DNA of 64,000 nt, from contig OZ244779.1 of assembly GCA_965219575.1 (NCBI GenBank), positions 1,612,769 to 1,676,768 on the forward strand, in the 5' to 3' direction; not shown here. Below are more notes on the stretch, generated by a model. It was not told where the DNA came from. It saw only the letters and a list, made by a program, of their open reading frames with translations, and made no database searches. This DNA is from Candidatus Oxydemutatoraceae bacterium (GTDB lineage Bacteria; Pseudomonadota; Gammaproteobacteria; Poriferisulfidales; Oxydemutatoraceae). How positions within the stretch are numbered: the first letter of the stretch is position 1.

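Larger units (their letters stand above)
40200..63690 (-). repeat. 14 tandem GLUG beta-helix modules in gene A
   Basis: Counted in the provided translation from the YxLxRxLDF...PIG...GNGY and WDFG...QYP motifs. N-caps at about 63690, 62150, 60560, 59070, 57570, 55970, 54445, 52955, 51515, 49645, 48195, 46395, 44200 and 41995. Confidence 0.88.

Noticed and set aside
40200-63690. Assignment as IgA1/M26 (ZmpB-like) metalloprotease because of GLUG repeats
   Set aside because: No protease catalytic domain was recognised; GLUG repeats alone do not imply protease activity, so no gene symbol is given.
124-63974. The many 60-330 aa ORFs on the plus strand and in alternative minus frames
   Set aside because: Essentially all overlap the two giant frames. 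They are duplicated along with the repeats, and motifs such as ADQTAD are just the antisense reading of VGGLVG. They are shadow ORFs.
63988-63990. Listed start codon of the 12,993-aa ORF
   Set aside because: The TTG is an internal Leu (DGELEPAF); the frame is open to 64000 and the paralog continues 9 kb further upstream.

Overview
Almost the whole window (about 99%) is two giant, paralogous minus-strand genes separated by a 377-bp spacer (24632-25008). Gene A (25009 to >64000, at least 12,996 aa) is truncated at its 5' end; the 63990 start in the ORF track is internal because the frame stays open to the window edge. Gene B (24631 to <1, at least 8,210 aa) starts with a Sec-type signal peptide and runs off the left edge without a stop, so the ORF track omits it. 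Both encode strings of GLUG-type (VGGLVG/NSYA) beta-helix modules, each with a conserved N-cap and C-cap, Cys pairs and a cadherin-like spacer: 14 modules visible in A and 15 in B. A ends in roughly 43 cadherin-like beta-sandwich repeats arranged in higher-order blocks, then a short tail IRIRAKVFLEGPLQ*, with no recognisable autotransporter, RTX, T9SS or sortase signal. Bases 1-15575 are a diverged copy of 48369-64000 (offset about 48.4 kb), which suggests a tandem array of genes of about 16,000 codons. The copies share near-identical scaffolds but have hypervariable patches and mosaic modules. The spacer holds two copies of a structured ~87-bp element, promoter-like motifs and a G7 tract; a T8 tract lies in the first codons of gene B. 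No RNA genes, CRISPR arrays or mobile-element enzymes were seen. The small ORFs in the track are shadow ORFs. Domain names are motif-level recognitions made by eye, not database hits, and domain boundaries are approximate.
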